Shown one piece after another: positions 40,392-48,586 of a DNA stretch of 64,000 bases. A program made the position numbers and the translations under genes. Each line of letters opens with the position of its first letter. Position 1 is the first letter of the stretch. Source of the DNA: an uncultured Candidatus Saccharibacteria bacterium (GTDB lineage Bacteria > Patescibacteriota > Minisyncoccia > Phycocordibacterales > PALSA-1337); assembly GCA_964403205.1 (NCBI GenBank), contig CAYOER010000002.1, forward strand, positions 4,259-68,258, given 5' to 3'. The notes under the pieces were generated by a model. The model was given only the letters and a program-made list of their open reading frames with translations. It was not told the DNA's origin and ran no database searches.

Positions 40392-40410
40392 TAGCAGTTT
40401 TTTGACATAT
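40392..40410 (+). promoter_or_regulatory. Conserved promoter module tagcagttttttgacatat (copy 1 of 3)
   Basis: Near-identical 17-19-mers at 46092-46110 and 47482-47500, each upstream of a plus-strand gene, containing a TTGACA -35 hexamer. Two TGGTTGCA direct repeats follow at about 40423 and 40468. Confidence 0.4.
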
Positions 40411-40515
40411 TACCCACAAATTGGTTGCATCTTTTAGATTCTAATTGCACTGGAATTTTGAAGATGTAACCAATGTCTGGTTGCACACAAACAACAAATT
40501 AGGAGAACAAACAAA

Positions 40516-40995
40516 ATGTTCGTCGCTAAAAAATACTTAGAAACCGGTAATTACGTTGAAGTGGCAGGTCGTATCTTCCAGGAAAGCCATTGGCGTGAAG
40601 CCATTCTCTACTTCCTACACGGTATGTGGTCAGCCAATCCAGAAGTCACCAACAAATCATCAATCACCTTTGCTGGTGTAACAATGAGGTTGGATGTAGG
40701 CACAAAAAAATACTGGTGCTTCGTTCGACCAATGATGTCCACTTCCCTTGACTCAGAATCAAGTAACCCTCAGATTGAGCTTCATGATGGCGACACACTT
40801 GAGGTTCGTGATGACTATAACGACGTCGAGATGGGCATGATGCGTTTCGTTAAGAATGATGACATAGGCTGTTTAACAATCCGTTTCTATTACAATGGTT
40901 CGGAAAGCTCGTTGTCATTACACAAGACTTCGAAACGTGGTGAGTATCTTACAAGTGGTGAAAACTTGGGATACCTGCCACCTCGAAGATATTAG
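40516..40995 (+). CDS. Hypothetical protein (159 aa) in the GC-rich segment, divergent from the PurA-like operon
   Basis: AGGAGA RBS 8 nt upstream. GC about 45%. Confidence 0.3.
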   Translation: MFVAKKYLETGNYVEVAGRIFQESHWREAILYFLHGMWSANPEVTNKSSITFAGVTMRLDVGTKKYWCFVRPMMSTSLDSESSNPQIELHDGDTLEVRDDYNDVEMGMMRFVKNDDIGCLTIRFYYNGSESSLSLHKTSKRGEYLTSGENLGYLPPRRY

Positions 40996-41241
40996 GGTCG
41001 CCTCAAGATCCAAAAGGTATGCTGACTACCTTCTCATGTGAGAAATTGTCAGGCAAGTCACAGATATTCTGTGGCTTTTTTTATACCATTGAAACATATG
41101 CAAAGTCCTGATAAACTGTATTTCATTACTAATTACTGACCAGTTCACAGTTCGGAGCTCGTCCAACATGCGGAGCATAAAAAAGAAAAACTCCGTAGGG
41201 ACTGCCCTGCGAAGTTTTGTGAGTAGAACAAGAAGTCAGTA

Positions 41242-42579
41242 TTAACCGATGACTTTTTTGTCTCTAGCACATGCACCATGAGAGGTATATTTTACCTTTG
41301 ATCCAGTGCTTTCCTGAATGAGTCTATAGAGTTGGTCTTCAGTTGAGACCGATTTGATTTCAGGAATAGTTACATTCTCGAGCATTGTGGTTAGTTTCGA
41401 TTGATAGTCCAGATCACGTTTGTAATTTGGAATGAGACGACCAAAGGGTAGACCATCATGAAGATATTGATCAACATAGGGCAGAACTTTTCGATGTTGC
41501 AATATGTCAACATGTGTAACAGCTATTGAGTCAAGTCCTCCATGAGCACGCGTACATTCAGCAGCGTATTTTAGAAGGACTAGATCCAGTGCTCCTGAAC
41601 GAAAGCCGCCTTGCCAATCGTTCAATGTATTGTGTTCCTTAAGGCTCACTCCATACATCCCTACATCTTCAGTTGGAAATGGACCTGAACCATGCCTGGT
41701 CGTATAAGATCGTGTAATGCCTACTGTCTCAACTTCCCCATCAAAACAACATTCCCTGAGCAAGGAACGCGCATTTTCTGTCACGATCCTACTCCATGTC
41801 GTATATGGATGAAAACCCTGCCACTCATCCAGAAGAACTCCTTGTGCTCCCTCAAATACAGGTTTTGAAGATTGAACAAGATCTGCCACTTTCTTTTCGT
41901 TCAGAAATTGGTAATGCTTTGCCATAGATCTGTAGGCATCGACCAATTGATCAAGTTTTTCCGGACTGAAGATATTCAGTGACAATGCAATTGTTCTCGG
42001 GAGTTTTTCACCGAAATCTAATCCCAGCTCCGCAAGTTCATTGCGTTTCCTTTCAGAAATTACTTCGAGCATTGCTTTGAGTTTCCCTGCATTTGTAAGA
42101 TCAATTGCTTTGATGACTTCATCAGGATGATTGACAATATCAAACATTGTCTCACCAATTCCCTTTCCACATGAACCGTGTTTTTTTCCTCCTCGCATCC
42201 ACTCCCTTGCTTGATTTGTTGCAACATGGAATGGCGTAATAACTGGTGCACGTTCATCAATAAAATGACGATCCAGAGCGAAATGCTTGAGTTTAGGTGA
42301 CAAGCATGACGTCTCATGGGCCAGAGCTATCGGGTCCCAGAGCATGTATCTCGAAATAAGGGTTTTGACAAATGGAATGAATGTCCCGCTACCGAACTGT
42401 GAGAAGGTATGATGTAGCCCTTCATCAGTCACTACATTATGCGCTGCTTGAGATCCGCCATTATAACGTACTACAAGATCAGCATTACCGTGACGACAGA
42501 GGAAATCTGTCATAGTTCCCTTACCTTCATCACCAAAACCGAGTCCAACGATAATTCGAGCTTTTTTTGTGTTTTTCAT
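41242..42579 (-). CDS. Adenylosuccinate synthetase (PurA)-family protein, divergent in its substrate loops
   Basis: GLGFGDEGKGTMTDFL (P-loop GDEGKGK), GGSQAAHN (GGHNAGHT), SCGKGIGE (TTGRGIGP), FEGAQGVLLD (FEGAQGTLLD), HGSGPFPTE (VGAGPFPTE), THVDIL (TKLDVLD). The Asp-binding TTGRRRRTGW loop is replaced by QGGFRSG, and C-terminal STGP becomes SHGA. Confidence 0.7.
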   Translation of the reverse strand: MKNTKKARIIVGLGFGDEGKGTMTDFLCRHGNADLVVRYNGGSQAAHNVVTDEGLHHTFSQFGSGTFIPFVKTLISRYMLWDPIALAHETSCLSPKLKHFALDRHFIDERAPVITPFHVATNQAREWMRGGKKHGSCGKGIGETMFDIVNHPDEVIKAIDLTNAGKLKAMLEVISERKRNELAELGLDFGEKLPRTIALSLNIFSPEKLDQLVDAYRSMAKHYQFLNEKKVADLVQSSKPVFEGAQGVLLDEWQGFHPYTTWSRIVTENARSLLRECCFDGEVETVGITRSYTTRHGSGPFPTEDVGMYGVSLKEHNTLNDWQGGFRSGALDLVLLKYAAECTRAHGGLDSIAVTHVDILQHRKVLPYVDQYLHDGLPFGRLIPNYKRDLDYQSKLTTMLENVTIPEIKSVSTEDQLYRLIQESTGSKVKYTSHGACARDKKVIG

Positions 42580-42637
42580 AAAAAGAACCTAGCTACCTCT
42601 AGCTAGGTTCTACACTAAAACCTAATTTTTGTCAAGC

Positions 42638-43690
42638 TTAGTGTGTTGTGCGCTTTCTTCCTTTGCGACTGCCTGAGGATGTTGCGAGTGCGCCACCGGA
42701 AACTTTTCCGGCAACAATCGCTCCACGAGCAACAGGAACAAGTGCTTGTGTCGCAATCAGTGCAGCGGATACACCGCGGATTCCTTTGGACTTCAAAACA
42801 TCAGCCAAGTCATCCTCAGTTTCTCCTGCGAGCCGACCGATAGCAGCCGCCATGGTTGGAACAATGTCCGATGTTTCAGGAACCTCCAGAACGTACTCAG
42901 GATTTTCTCCTGCGTCCGACAGAAGTTTCTGCCACATTTTCTTGATGGACTTGTTCGTGCCATGATTGGTATGTCCAGGTCGAATAACGAAAACGTGATA
43001 CCGTTCGCACGTTTTCCGCACAGACTCGAGCATGGGAATTTCTGACTGAATTCTGTCCCCAAAGACTTCTTTGGCCAGTGCAGGGGTAGTCCCGTGTACT
43101 GCGGGATCTCCACTGTCGTAGAAAGGCTGTTCGTCCTCAATGAGGAAAAAGTAACCCTTTGCGCCGTCACGCTCGAATGATTCGATACGTGTATGATTGG
43201 CGGCAGCATAGAATGCAAGATGATATGCTTCGCCATTGTTTCCACCACCATTACCGGGGATGATCATTTCATTGAGTGCTGTGAGCAACTCTTTGGAGCC
43301 AATTTCAAACTGACTCATTTGGAATGCTGCATCCGGTGGGGTGGCGCGTTCATCGTCGAACATCATGAACATCACATTAGGGTGATCAGAGATCCCCTTT
43401 TCTGTGATCATGTCGATAAGTTTTGGTAACTGCTTTTGCATGTCGTGTGGAACATGCTCCATCGAACCAGTTCCGTCGAGGGCGACAATGATCGGTGTCG
43501 CATCGTTGAAACCGGGAGCGAAGCATGATTCCCTCATCCCGTTCTTGAGCTTGCGTGGGTCGAGGATATCGGCAATATTCCGAACGCCTGTCGACACAGC
43601 AGTCGCTGAACGACTGAAGGTTGAACCAGAACTTGCGAGCCCTCTTACGCCAGCATCGAAGTCCATTGAACTGAAGCCTGAATGTCCCAT
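42638..43690 (-). CDS. von Willebrand factor type A (vWA) domain protein with a C-terminal Ala/Gly-rich basic tail
   Basis: MIDAS motif IIVALDGTGSM. Rossmann-like alternation following it. The probable true start is MGHSGF at 43690. Confidence 0.6.
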   Translation of the reverse strand: MGHSGFSSMDFDAGVRGLASSGSTFSRSATAVSTGVRNIADILDPRKLKNGMRESCFAPGFNDATPIIVALDGTGSMEHVPHDMQKQLPKLIDMITEKGISDHPNVMFMMFDDERATPPDAAFQMSQFEIGSKELLTALNEMIIPGNGGGNNGEAYHLAFYAAANHTRIESFERDGAKGYFFLIEDEQPFYDSGDPAVHGTTPALAKEVFGDRIQSEIPMLESVRKTCERYHVFVIRPGHTNHGTNKSIKKMWQKLLSDAGENPEYVLEVPETSDIVPTMAAAIGRLAGETEDDLADVLKSKGIRGVSAALIATQALVPVARGAIVAGKVSGGALATSSGSRKGRKRTTH

Positions 43691-43720
43691 AGTGATTTTT
43701 TTCTCTTTGTGCCAAACCAC

Positions 43721-43876
43721 TTAGAGTTTGGCTGTTTTTGTTTCTTCCACCTGCTCAACAACAGGTTGAACAGATACGCCGGTTTCTGCGGTTTGTGTCT
43801 CTTTCTTGGTCTCATCCAATGTTTGTGCAACTTTGGAAGGACTTTCCGCCTCTGTCTCATCCACTGGTTTTCCCAT
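43721..43876 (-). CDS. Small acidic protein (51 aa) between the kinase-like and vWA genes
   Basis: Minus-strand MGKPVDETEAESPSKVAQTLDETKKETQTAETGVSVQPVVEQVEETKTAKL. Its stop abuts the vWA ORF. Confidence 0.25.
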   Translation of the reverse strand: MGKPVDETEAESPSKVAQTLDETKKETQTAETGVSVQPVVEQVEETKTAKL

Positions 43877-43907
43877 GATGTATCTTTCTTGTTTTGTTTG
43901 TTGTGGT

Positions 43908-45104
43908 TTAGGTCATTACAAGTTCGACAAATCTCTTTGGGCCGAAAACGGCTTTGGTTATCTGTCGAAATTCTGTGTAAACAGCATCAGCTGTCTGCGG
44001 TCTTCGAACACTTTTTGGTTGAAGACATCTATTGAGCAATTCCCTGATTGGCATTTCAACCGAGTCAGGAATGACTTTTTCTTCGGAACTTCCACCAAGT
44101 ATGTAAACCATGCACCACGCTGACATGTATATGTCAGACGCAGGAGATGGTAACATACTCGTGGATTTTAATTCCTCTGGAAAATAAGCTTGATACCTGT
44201 CATCAGTATAAGGAACTTTCTCACCACTACTTATCTTGCAAGAAGCAGTCCAATCTAGGATCTGTCCAAGATGGTCTTTTGCATGGATGAGAATATGATT
44301 TGGAGTAAGTGCACTGTGCACCACTCCCGAATAGTGAGCGAGGGTCAATCCCTCAAGAACTCTATTCCAAATAAATGTCATGTGTCGAGTAGACACACCA
44401 GAAGGATACGTCTTACGGATTTCCTCTAGTGTATACCACCCTTTATCAAAGCCTGGTTGTATGAGAAAAATATTTACTGTCTTTTTCCCAGAACCGTCAT
44501 CAATTCGAACTGACTCATGAAGTTCCGGCATGCGTAGTAAAAACTTACGTGCAGTTTCCTGACCAGCTGGATTGCTAGCCAAGGATTTTGCCTTCTTTCT
44601 GAAAAGGTCAAATGCTCGTGCCTCCCGCTCCATAAGGTCATTATCCTTGATTGAATGCGGTACCTTGAACAGTGCAGATGAAACAACAGATTTCTTGTCC
44701 TGAATAGTTCCCCTGAAAACACCGCATGTCCCACCGGAATAAATCCGATTGCCGACAGTATAGACATATTTGGGAGAACTAAACTGCACCAAGGCAGGAT
44801 CTTCAGTGGGCTTCGGTGACAATTCTGCTTTCTTGTCCCCGTATATTCCACCTTTGATTTTATCTTGGGCAGTATGCCAAAAAACGTTGAGAAGTCTCTG
44901 GGCCTCAGTTGTGTCCGCCACATCTTTGGGATTACCCATAAGACGGACCTTGTGTATGCACTTTGCCAGCCTACGGAACACTTTCTGGACTGCATGATAG
45001 ACCTTGTCAGAACTACCCTTTTCCAGTCCAAAAATATCTTCTGGATGATTCGCCTTCTTAAGGGCTTCGAGAAGTCTTTGTAATTCAGTCATAATTCCTT
45101 TCAA
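43908..45104 (-). CDS. Protein kinase-like (Ser/Thr kinase fold) protein with an atypical catalytic loop; possible pseudokinase
   Basis: Gly-rich loop SGGTCGVF. Beta3 Lys in SALFKVP. Catalytic-loop equivalent VVHSALTPNHILIH (HRD changed to HSA). ILDWTAS (DFG-like). YFPEE (APE-like). SDIYMSAWCMVYIL (subdomain IX). Confidence 0.5.
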   Translation of the reverse strand: MKGIMTELQRLLEALKKANHPEDIFGLEKGSSDKVYHAVQKVFRRLAKCIHKVRLMGNPKDVADTTEAQRLLNVFWHTAQDKIKGGIYGDKKAELSPKPTEDPALVQFSSPKYVYTVGNRIYSGGTCGVFRGTIQDKKSVVSSALFKVPHSIKDNDLMEREARAFDLFRKKAKSLASNPAGQETARKFLLRMPELHESVRIDDGSGKKTVNIFLIQPGFDKGWYTLEEIRKTYPSGVSTRHMTFIWNRVLEGLTLAHYSGVVHSALTPNHILIHAKDHLGQILDWTASCKISSGEKVPYTDDRYQAYFPEELKSTSMLPSPASDIYMSAWCMVYILGGSSEEKVIPDSVEMPIRELLNRCLQPKSVRRPQTADAVYTEFRQITKAVFGPKRFVELVMT

Positions 45105-45317
45105 AGATCATTGTGTTTAATTACTATAAATCACATTACATTAAAAAATACTTTTGTCAAGCAGTTCGTAATGCAAGGTAAAAATGAAACCAAACTAATC
45201 TAATTACAGTATATAATTAACTCGTATATAGTGTCAATAGTACAATATTACAAAAAACATAATAAATGGCATGTCAATATTTCCCAGACACACCAGTAGG
45301 AATAGTTCCTAAGAAAA

Positions 45318-45962
45318 TCACTTTATAAATGAATATAGAACTGCTGGTCGCATAATCCCCTGCTTCTTTGTTTTGTTTGTATTGATAAGTATACCTTCAG
45401 ACAAAATTTTCTTTCTAAAATTTCTTTTATCAAATTTTTGCTTTAATACTATTTCGTAGATAGTTTGAAGTTCAGTTAATGTAAATTCCTTTTGCAGTAG
45501 ATATTTTGCAATTGAAGTATAAATTATTTTTGATCGCAAGCGGTCAATTGCTGTTGTAAGTATTCTATTATGATCATATCCTAATATAGGTAATTCATCT
45601 ATTGTGCACCACCTTGTTTTAATTTGAGTATTTGTAATTTTACGAGGATCATCTGCAGCAAGAGCTAGATATGCAACTGATACTATTCTTCCCCGAGGAT
45701 CGCGATCTATTTCACTAAAAGTATATAATTGTTCTTTATAAATCTTACGAATTCCAGCCTTATCTTTCAATAGTCTTTCTGCAGCAATTTCTGCTGTCTC
45801 TGTTGGTAAAATAAGTCCACCAATAAGGGCCCACATACCTTTATATTGATTTGAAGAAATTACCTTACCAATGAGGACTGAGAGATTTCCATCAATAATT
45901 CTTAAACAGACAATATCTGTTGCAAGAACTGCATAGCGAATATTATTATCTGTTTTTGACAT
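45318..45962 (-). CDS. NrtR-like regulator: degenerate Nudix domain plus C-terminal winged-helix (start taken at MSKTDNN)
   Basis: GGLILPTETAEIAAERLLKDKAGI (degenerate Nudix box). The C-terminal FTLTELQTIYEIVLKQKFDKRNFRKKI resembles the NrtR DNA-binding domain. Confidence 0.45.
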   Translation of the reverse strand: MSKTDNNIRYAVLATDIVCLRIIDGNLSVLIGKVISSNQYKGMWALIGGLILPTETAEIAAERLLKDKAGIRKIYKEQLYTFSEIDRDPRGRIVSVAYLALAADDPRKITNTQIKTRWCTIDELPILGYDHNRILTTAIDRLRSKIIYTSIAKYLLQKEFTLTELQTIYEIVLKQKFDKRNFRKKILSEGILINTNKTKKQGIMRPAVLYSFIK

Positions 45963-46091
45963 TGTGTATAATATACACGATATATAACAAAAGTAAAGAT
46001 TTAATAGCACACGCCTACTTTGTTGCAATTAGAATGCTAATTCACTGCGAGCAAGTTGACAACTACTATTTTATATGATAGTTTTAAATTA

Positions 46092-46110
46092 GCATAGTTT
46101 TTTGATATTT
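46092..46110 (+). promoter_or_regulatory. Conserved promoter module (copy 2): gcatagttttttgatattt
   Basis: See 40392..40410. Confidence 0.35.
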
Positions 46111-46195
46111 CCTCTTGTTTGACCGTATCTTTTAGATCTTTTACGAGTTTTGAAAGATGCGGTTATAACGAACAACACTCAATTCAAAAGAGAAT

Positions 46196-46531
46196 ATGCC
46201 AACACAAATAACTGAAATCATCCCCGCAGGTAAGAAACGTTTAATTAACACCTTAACCGAAGCAGGTCTGACAACACTGGAAGCTTGTGCGCAAGCTGGA
46301 CCAGAAAAACTCCTAAAGTATAGGGGTTTGGGACACAAAACCTTGATTGCACTGAAAGAGCACTGCTTCAAACGCGGTATCAAATGGTCAGATAGCCATT
46401 CAAGGATTCACAAGCTGTCCATCCACTTCATGAGCCGTTACAAGCTAAGTCCCAAAGATGCAAAACTGGTAGCAACTGCATTTTACTGGGATAACGCATA
46501 TCCGACTTCCCTCCTTCATCCCATGTTTTAA
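46196..46531 (+). CDS. Small helix-hairpin-helix-like protein (111 aa)
   Basis: GKKRLINTLTEAGLTTLEACAQAGPEKLLKYRGLGHKTLIALKEH is an HhH-like pattern. Followed by the conserved terminator module. Confidence 0.3.
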   Translation: MPTQITEIIPAGKKRLINTLTEAGLTTLEACAQAGPEKLLKYRGLGHKTLIALKEHCFKRGIKWSDSHSRIHKLSIHFMSRYKLSPKDAKLVATAFYWDNAYPTSLLHPMF

Positions 46532-46546
46532 GAGACTGGAACAATC

Positions 46547-46598
46547 CCCGCCCGAACAGGAGAAACCCTCCGTTCGCTGGCGGGTTTTTCTTTTTTCT
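46547..46598 (+). terminator. Conserved terminator module, copy 1 of 6 (ccccgcccgaacaggagaaaccctccgttcgctggcgggtttttctttttt)
   Basis: Stem cccgcccgaac/gttcg(ct)ggcggg with a 2-nt bulge, followed by a T-run. The core tcgctggcgggttttt recurs at 47352-47408, 47954-48001, 52835-52884, 53465-53518 and 54229-54265. Confidence 0.6.
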
Positions 46599-46613
46599 TA
46601 ATCCTATAACCAA

Positions 46614-46629
46614 GCCCTGGTCGCGGAGC
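46614..46629 (+). repeat. Direct repeat of the tRNA-Asn 3' end (gccctggtcgcggagc); att-like junction 1
   Basis: 16/16 identical to 21580-21595. Embedded in the 35-bp unit ttcttaatcctataaccaagccctggtcgcggagc, which recurs at 47046-47079 and 47406-47442. Confidence 0.7.
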
Positions 46630-46710
46630 TTGATAAGAAAAAGTATTCTTTAGGGTGTCTTCTTTCTTATCACTATTTCTATATTTGACAATCTCTCTGA
46701 AGATAGTACG

Positions 46711-46971
46711 ATGATTCCAGATCACCACAAACCTGAAAGAATTCTTATGATAACTGAAGTAAGCAAAAGAACACTCAGAGGATACAGACAGACATGTCGT
46801 GTCAAAATCAAGATCAGCAACAAAATTGAGATCGCACGCTTGATATTCGCTCATCAACAATCTGGGGGACTGAATAATGTACCTATTGGGGATAGAGTGT
46901 ATCTCGAACCATTGGGATGGTTCAATACTGATGATGTCGAACTACTCGAAGTTCTGACTTGGGATGATTGA
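46711..46971 (+). CDS. Small hypothetical protein (86 aa)
   Basis: ORF only. TTGACA-containing promoter-like sequence upstream. Confidence 0.2.
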   Translation: MIPDHHKPERILMITEVSKRTLRGYRQTCRVKIKISNKIEIARLIFAHQQSGGLNNVPIGDRVYLEPLGWFNTDDVELLEVLTWDD

Positions 46972-47064
46972 GTCAAGACCATGAATTATCAGTAATCTCT
47001 ATTTAAGCACATAGCGCACGACCCTCGGGTACGGCGTTTTCTTTTTTCTAAATTCCGTGACCAT

Positions 47065-47079
47065 GCCCTGGTTGTAGAC
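47065..47079 (+). repeat. Degenerate copy of the tRNA-Asn 3'-end repeat (gccctggttgtagac); att-like junction 2
   Basis: Same 35-bp context (ttctaaattccgtgaccatgccctgg...) but the last 7 nt diverge. Confidence 0.45.
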
Positions 47080-47166
47080 TGAATTGACACTCCTTAATCA
47101 ATGTGTTAGTTTATTTATAGAACCAGATGAGAATCTGACAACTGTTCCAAACAAAAAAAATTAACC

Positions 47167-47337
47167 ATGAACGCAACTACGATTCCTGAAGATGTAACAA
47201 ACACGCCTGCAGGTCCAAATAATAACGGATTCATTGTGCTCGACATATTCGCTTCATCCATTGTTGGATCAGACGGCGAATGCTATACGCGTAAAAACGG
47301 AATAGTGACCATCGCCTCCGAAGAAGACGAACACTAA
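47167..47337 (+). CDS. Small hypothetical protein (56 aa)
   Basis: MNATTIPEDVTNTPAGPNNNGFIVLDIFASSIVGSDGECYTRKNGIVTIASEEDEH. Followed by terminator module copy 2. Confidence 0.2.
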   Translation: MNATTIPEDVTNTPAGPNNNGFIVLDIFASSIVGSDGECYTRKNGIVTIASEEDEH

Positions 47338-47351
47338 TGGATTCAATCACA

Positions 47352-47408
47352 CCCGCCCGAACACGAGAGCCCTAGGGCTTTCAGTTCGCTGGCGGGTTTT
47401 TCTTTTTC
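47352..47408 (+). terminator. Conserved terminator module, copy 2
   Basis: cccgcccgaacacgagagccctagggctttcagttcgctggcgggtttttctttttct. Confidence 0.55.
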
Positions 47409-47425
47409 TAAATTCTATAACCAAT

Positions 47426-47442
47426 CCCTGGTCGCGGAGCAA
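47426..47442 (+). repeat. Direct repeat of the tRNA-Asn 3' end (ccctggtcgcggagcaa); att-like junction 3
   Basis: 17/17 identical to 21582-21598. Confidence 0.7.
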
Positions 47443-47481
47443 TACTTGACACTAAACATATTCCGTGCTACCATGCTGGTA

Positions 47482-47500
47482 TAGTAGTTTTTTGACATGT
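47482..47500 (+). promoter_or_regulatory. Conserved promoter module (copy 3): tagtagttttttgacatgt
   Basis: See 40392..40410. Confidence 0.4.
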
Positions 47501-47585
47501 ATGTTGGTAGTTAGCTGTATCCCCTAGGACATTATTGTGTCTTGTGGGATACGGCCAACTAGAGGCCACGAAAAAACATCAAACT

Positions 47586-47948
47586 ATGAATAAACAATTC
47601 GTTCCACTTCACCACATTGACGCACTCTCTTATGGCCAATGGGATTTCACTCTCGAGCCATTTCGAGATTGGCTGCAGATTCAAAAACACATCGGGGTTA
47701 AAGTTCTAATTCTTCCGACCCCAAAAAGCAAGGAAGAGCAATTCAATCTAGGTATGGTAAGCCACGATATCCGCAAGGAAGCTGAGAAGTTCGCCTTGGT
47801 TGTGGTTTCCGAAGCAAGATTGCGTCATGCTGGTATTCTGAAAACAAAACCAGCCGTAGTTGTCGATGCTAAACCAATTCTGTTTCCAAGTCCATTTTTA
47901 GTTTTAGTTGTGGATGCGGATAAAAACGAACTCAGTATCACTAACTAA
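47586..47948 (+). CDS. Hypothetical protein (start taken at MNKQFVPL)
   Basis: ORF followed by terminator module copy 3. Confidence 0.3.
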   Translation: MNKQFVPLHHIDALSYGQWDFTLEPFRDWLQIQKHIGVKVLILPTPKSKEEQFNLGMVSHDIRKEAEKFALVVVSEARLRHAGILKTKPAVVVDAKPILFPSPFLVLVVDADKNELSITN

Positions 47949-47953
47949 CCACA

Positions 47954-48001
47954 CCCGTCCGAACAGGAGAAACCCTCCGTTCGCTGGCGGGTTTCTTTTT
48001 T
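47954..48001 (+). terminator. Conserved terminator module, copy 3
   Basis: cccgtccgaacaggagaaaccctccgttcgctggcgggtttctttttt. Confidence 0.55.
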
Positions 48002-48091
48002 AATACAAACCATTGACATATTCACATACTTACTTTAAACTCCATAAAAGTAAACCGTGCTGAGTAATAGTCAGCAAAACAACTAAATAAT

Positions 48092-48268
48092 ATGAACGAT
48101 AAACAAGTGGAGGAATTGAGAGCAAGCATCAATTTCCTTCATGAACACATCTGTCTTTTGGAAACTTGGGTTCAGCGAGGAGACACTCATCCTGGACTCC
48201 AAGATTGTGCGCAGAATATCAGACTTCAGTTTGAAGAAATCATGCGCAAGCTTCCACCTAAAAAGTGA
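48092..48268 (+). CDS. Small coiled-coil protein (58 aa, below the ORF-track cutoff)
   Basis: MNDKQVEELRASINFLHEHICLLETWVQRGDTHPGLQDCAQNIRLQFEEIMRKLPPKK. Confidence 0.2.
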   Translation: MNDKQVEELRASINFLHEHICLLETWVQRGDTHPGLQDCAQNIRLQFEEIMRKLPPKK

Positions 48269-48365
48269 TGGTTTTCCATACAACCACTTCATTACGAGAG
48301 TTCTGAGGTGGTTTTCTTATTTTCTAAATAATCAACAACCAATCAAATTATGATATACTAAAACC

Positions 48366-48572
48366 ATGCAAAAAATAGCCACTCGCGTATTTATATATTC
48401 ATCAATCGCCTTCGGTATCATCGGGCTACTTATTGTCTTTACTAGCTCTGGACCAGACCATATGGACACACCGTGGGATCAGACACTCGCCAAGCTTTTG
48501 TTTACTTGCGTCTTTATCATACTCCCATCTTTTGCACTCAGTATTGCTAGTAAATATTTGAGGGAAAAATAA
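48366..48572 (+). CDS. Small two-TM membrane protein (68 aa); a truncated duplicate ORF lies at 50069..50176
   Basis: MQKIATRVFIYSSIAFGIIGLLIVFTSSGPDHM... The second copy, MQRIATRVFIYSSIAFGIIGLLIVFTSSGPDHMSF*, ends prematurely. Confidence 0.35.
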   Translation: MQKIATRVFIYSSIAFGIIGLLIVFTSSGPDHMDTPWDQTLAKLLFTCVFIILPSFALSIASKYLREK

Positions 48573-48586
48573 TACAATATTATATT

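Noticed and set aside
44474-45031. 185-aa ORF on the minus strand in an alternate frame inside the kinase-like gene (also 42060..42317, 42793..43251, 43386..43715 and plus-strand ORFs 42643-43724)
   Set aside because: They are entirely nested in alternate frames of longer genes with recognisable domains and have low-complexity, Arg/Cys-rich translations typical of GC-rich alternate frames. Judged spurious.
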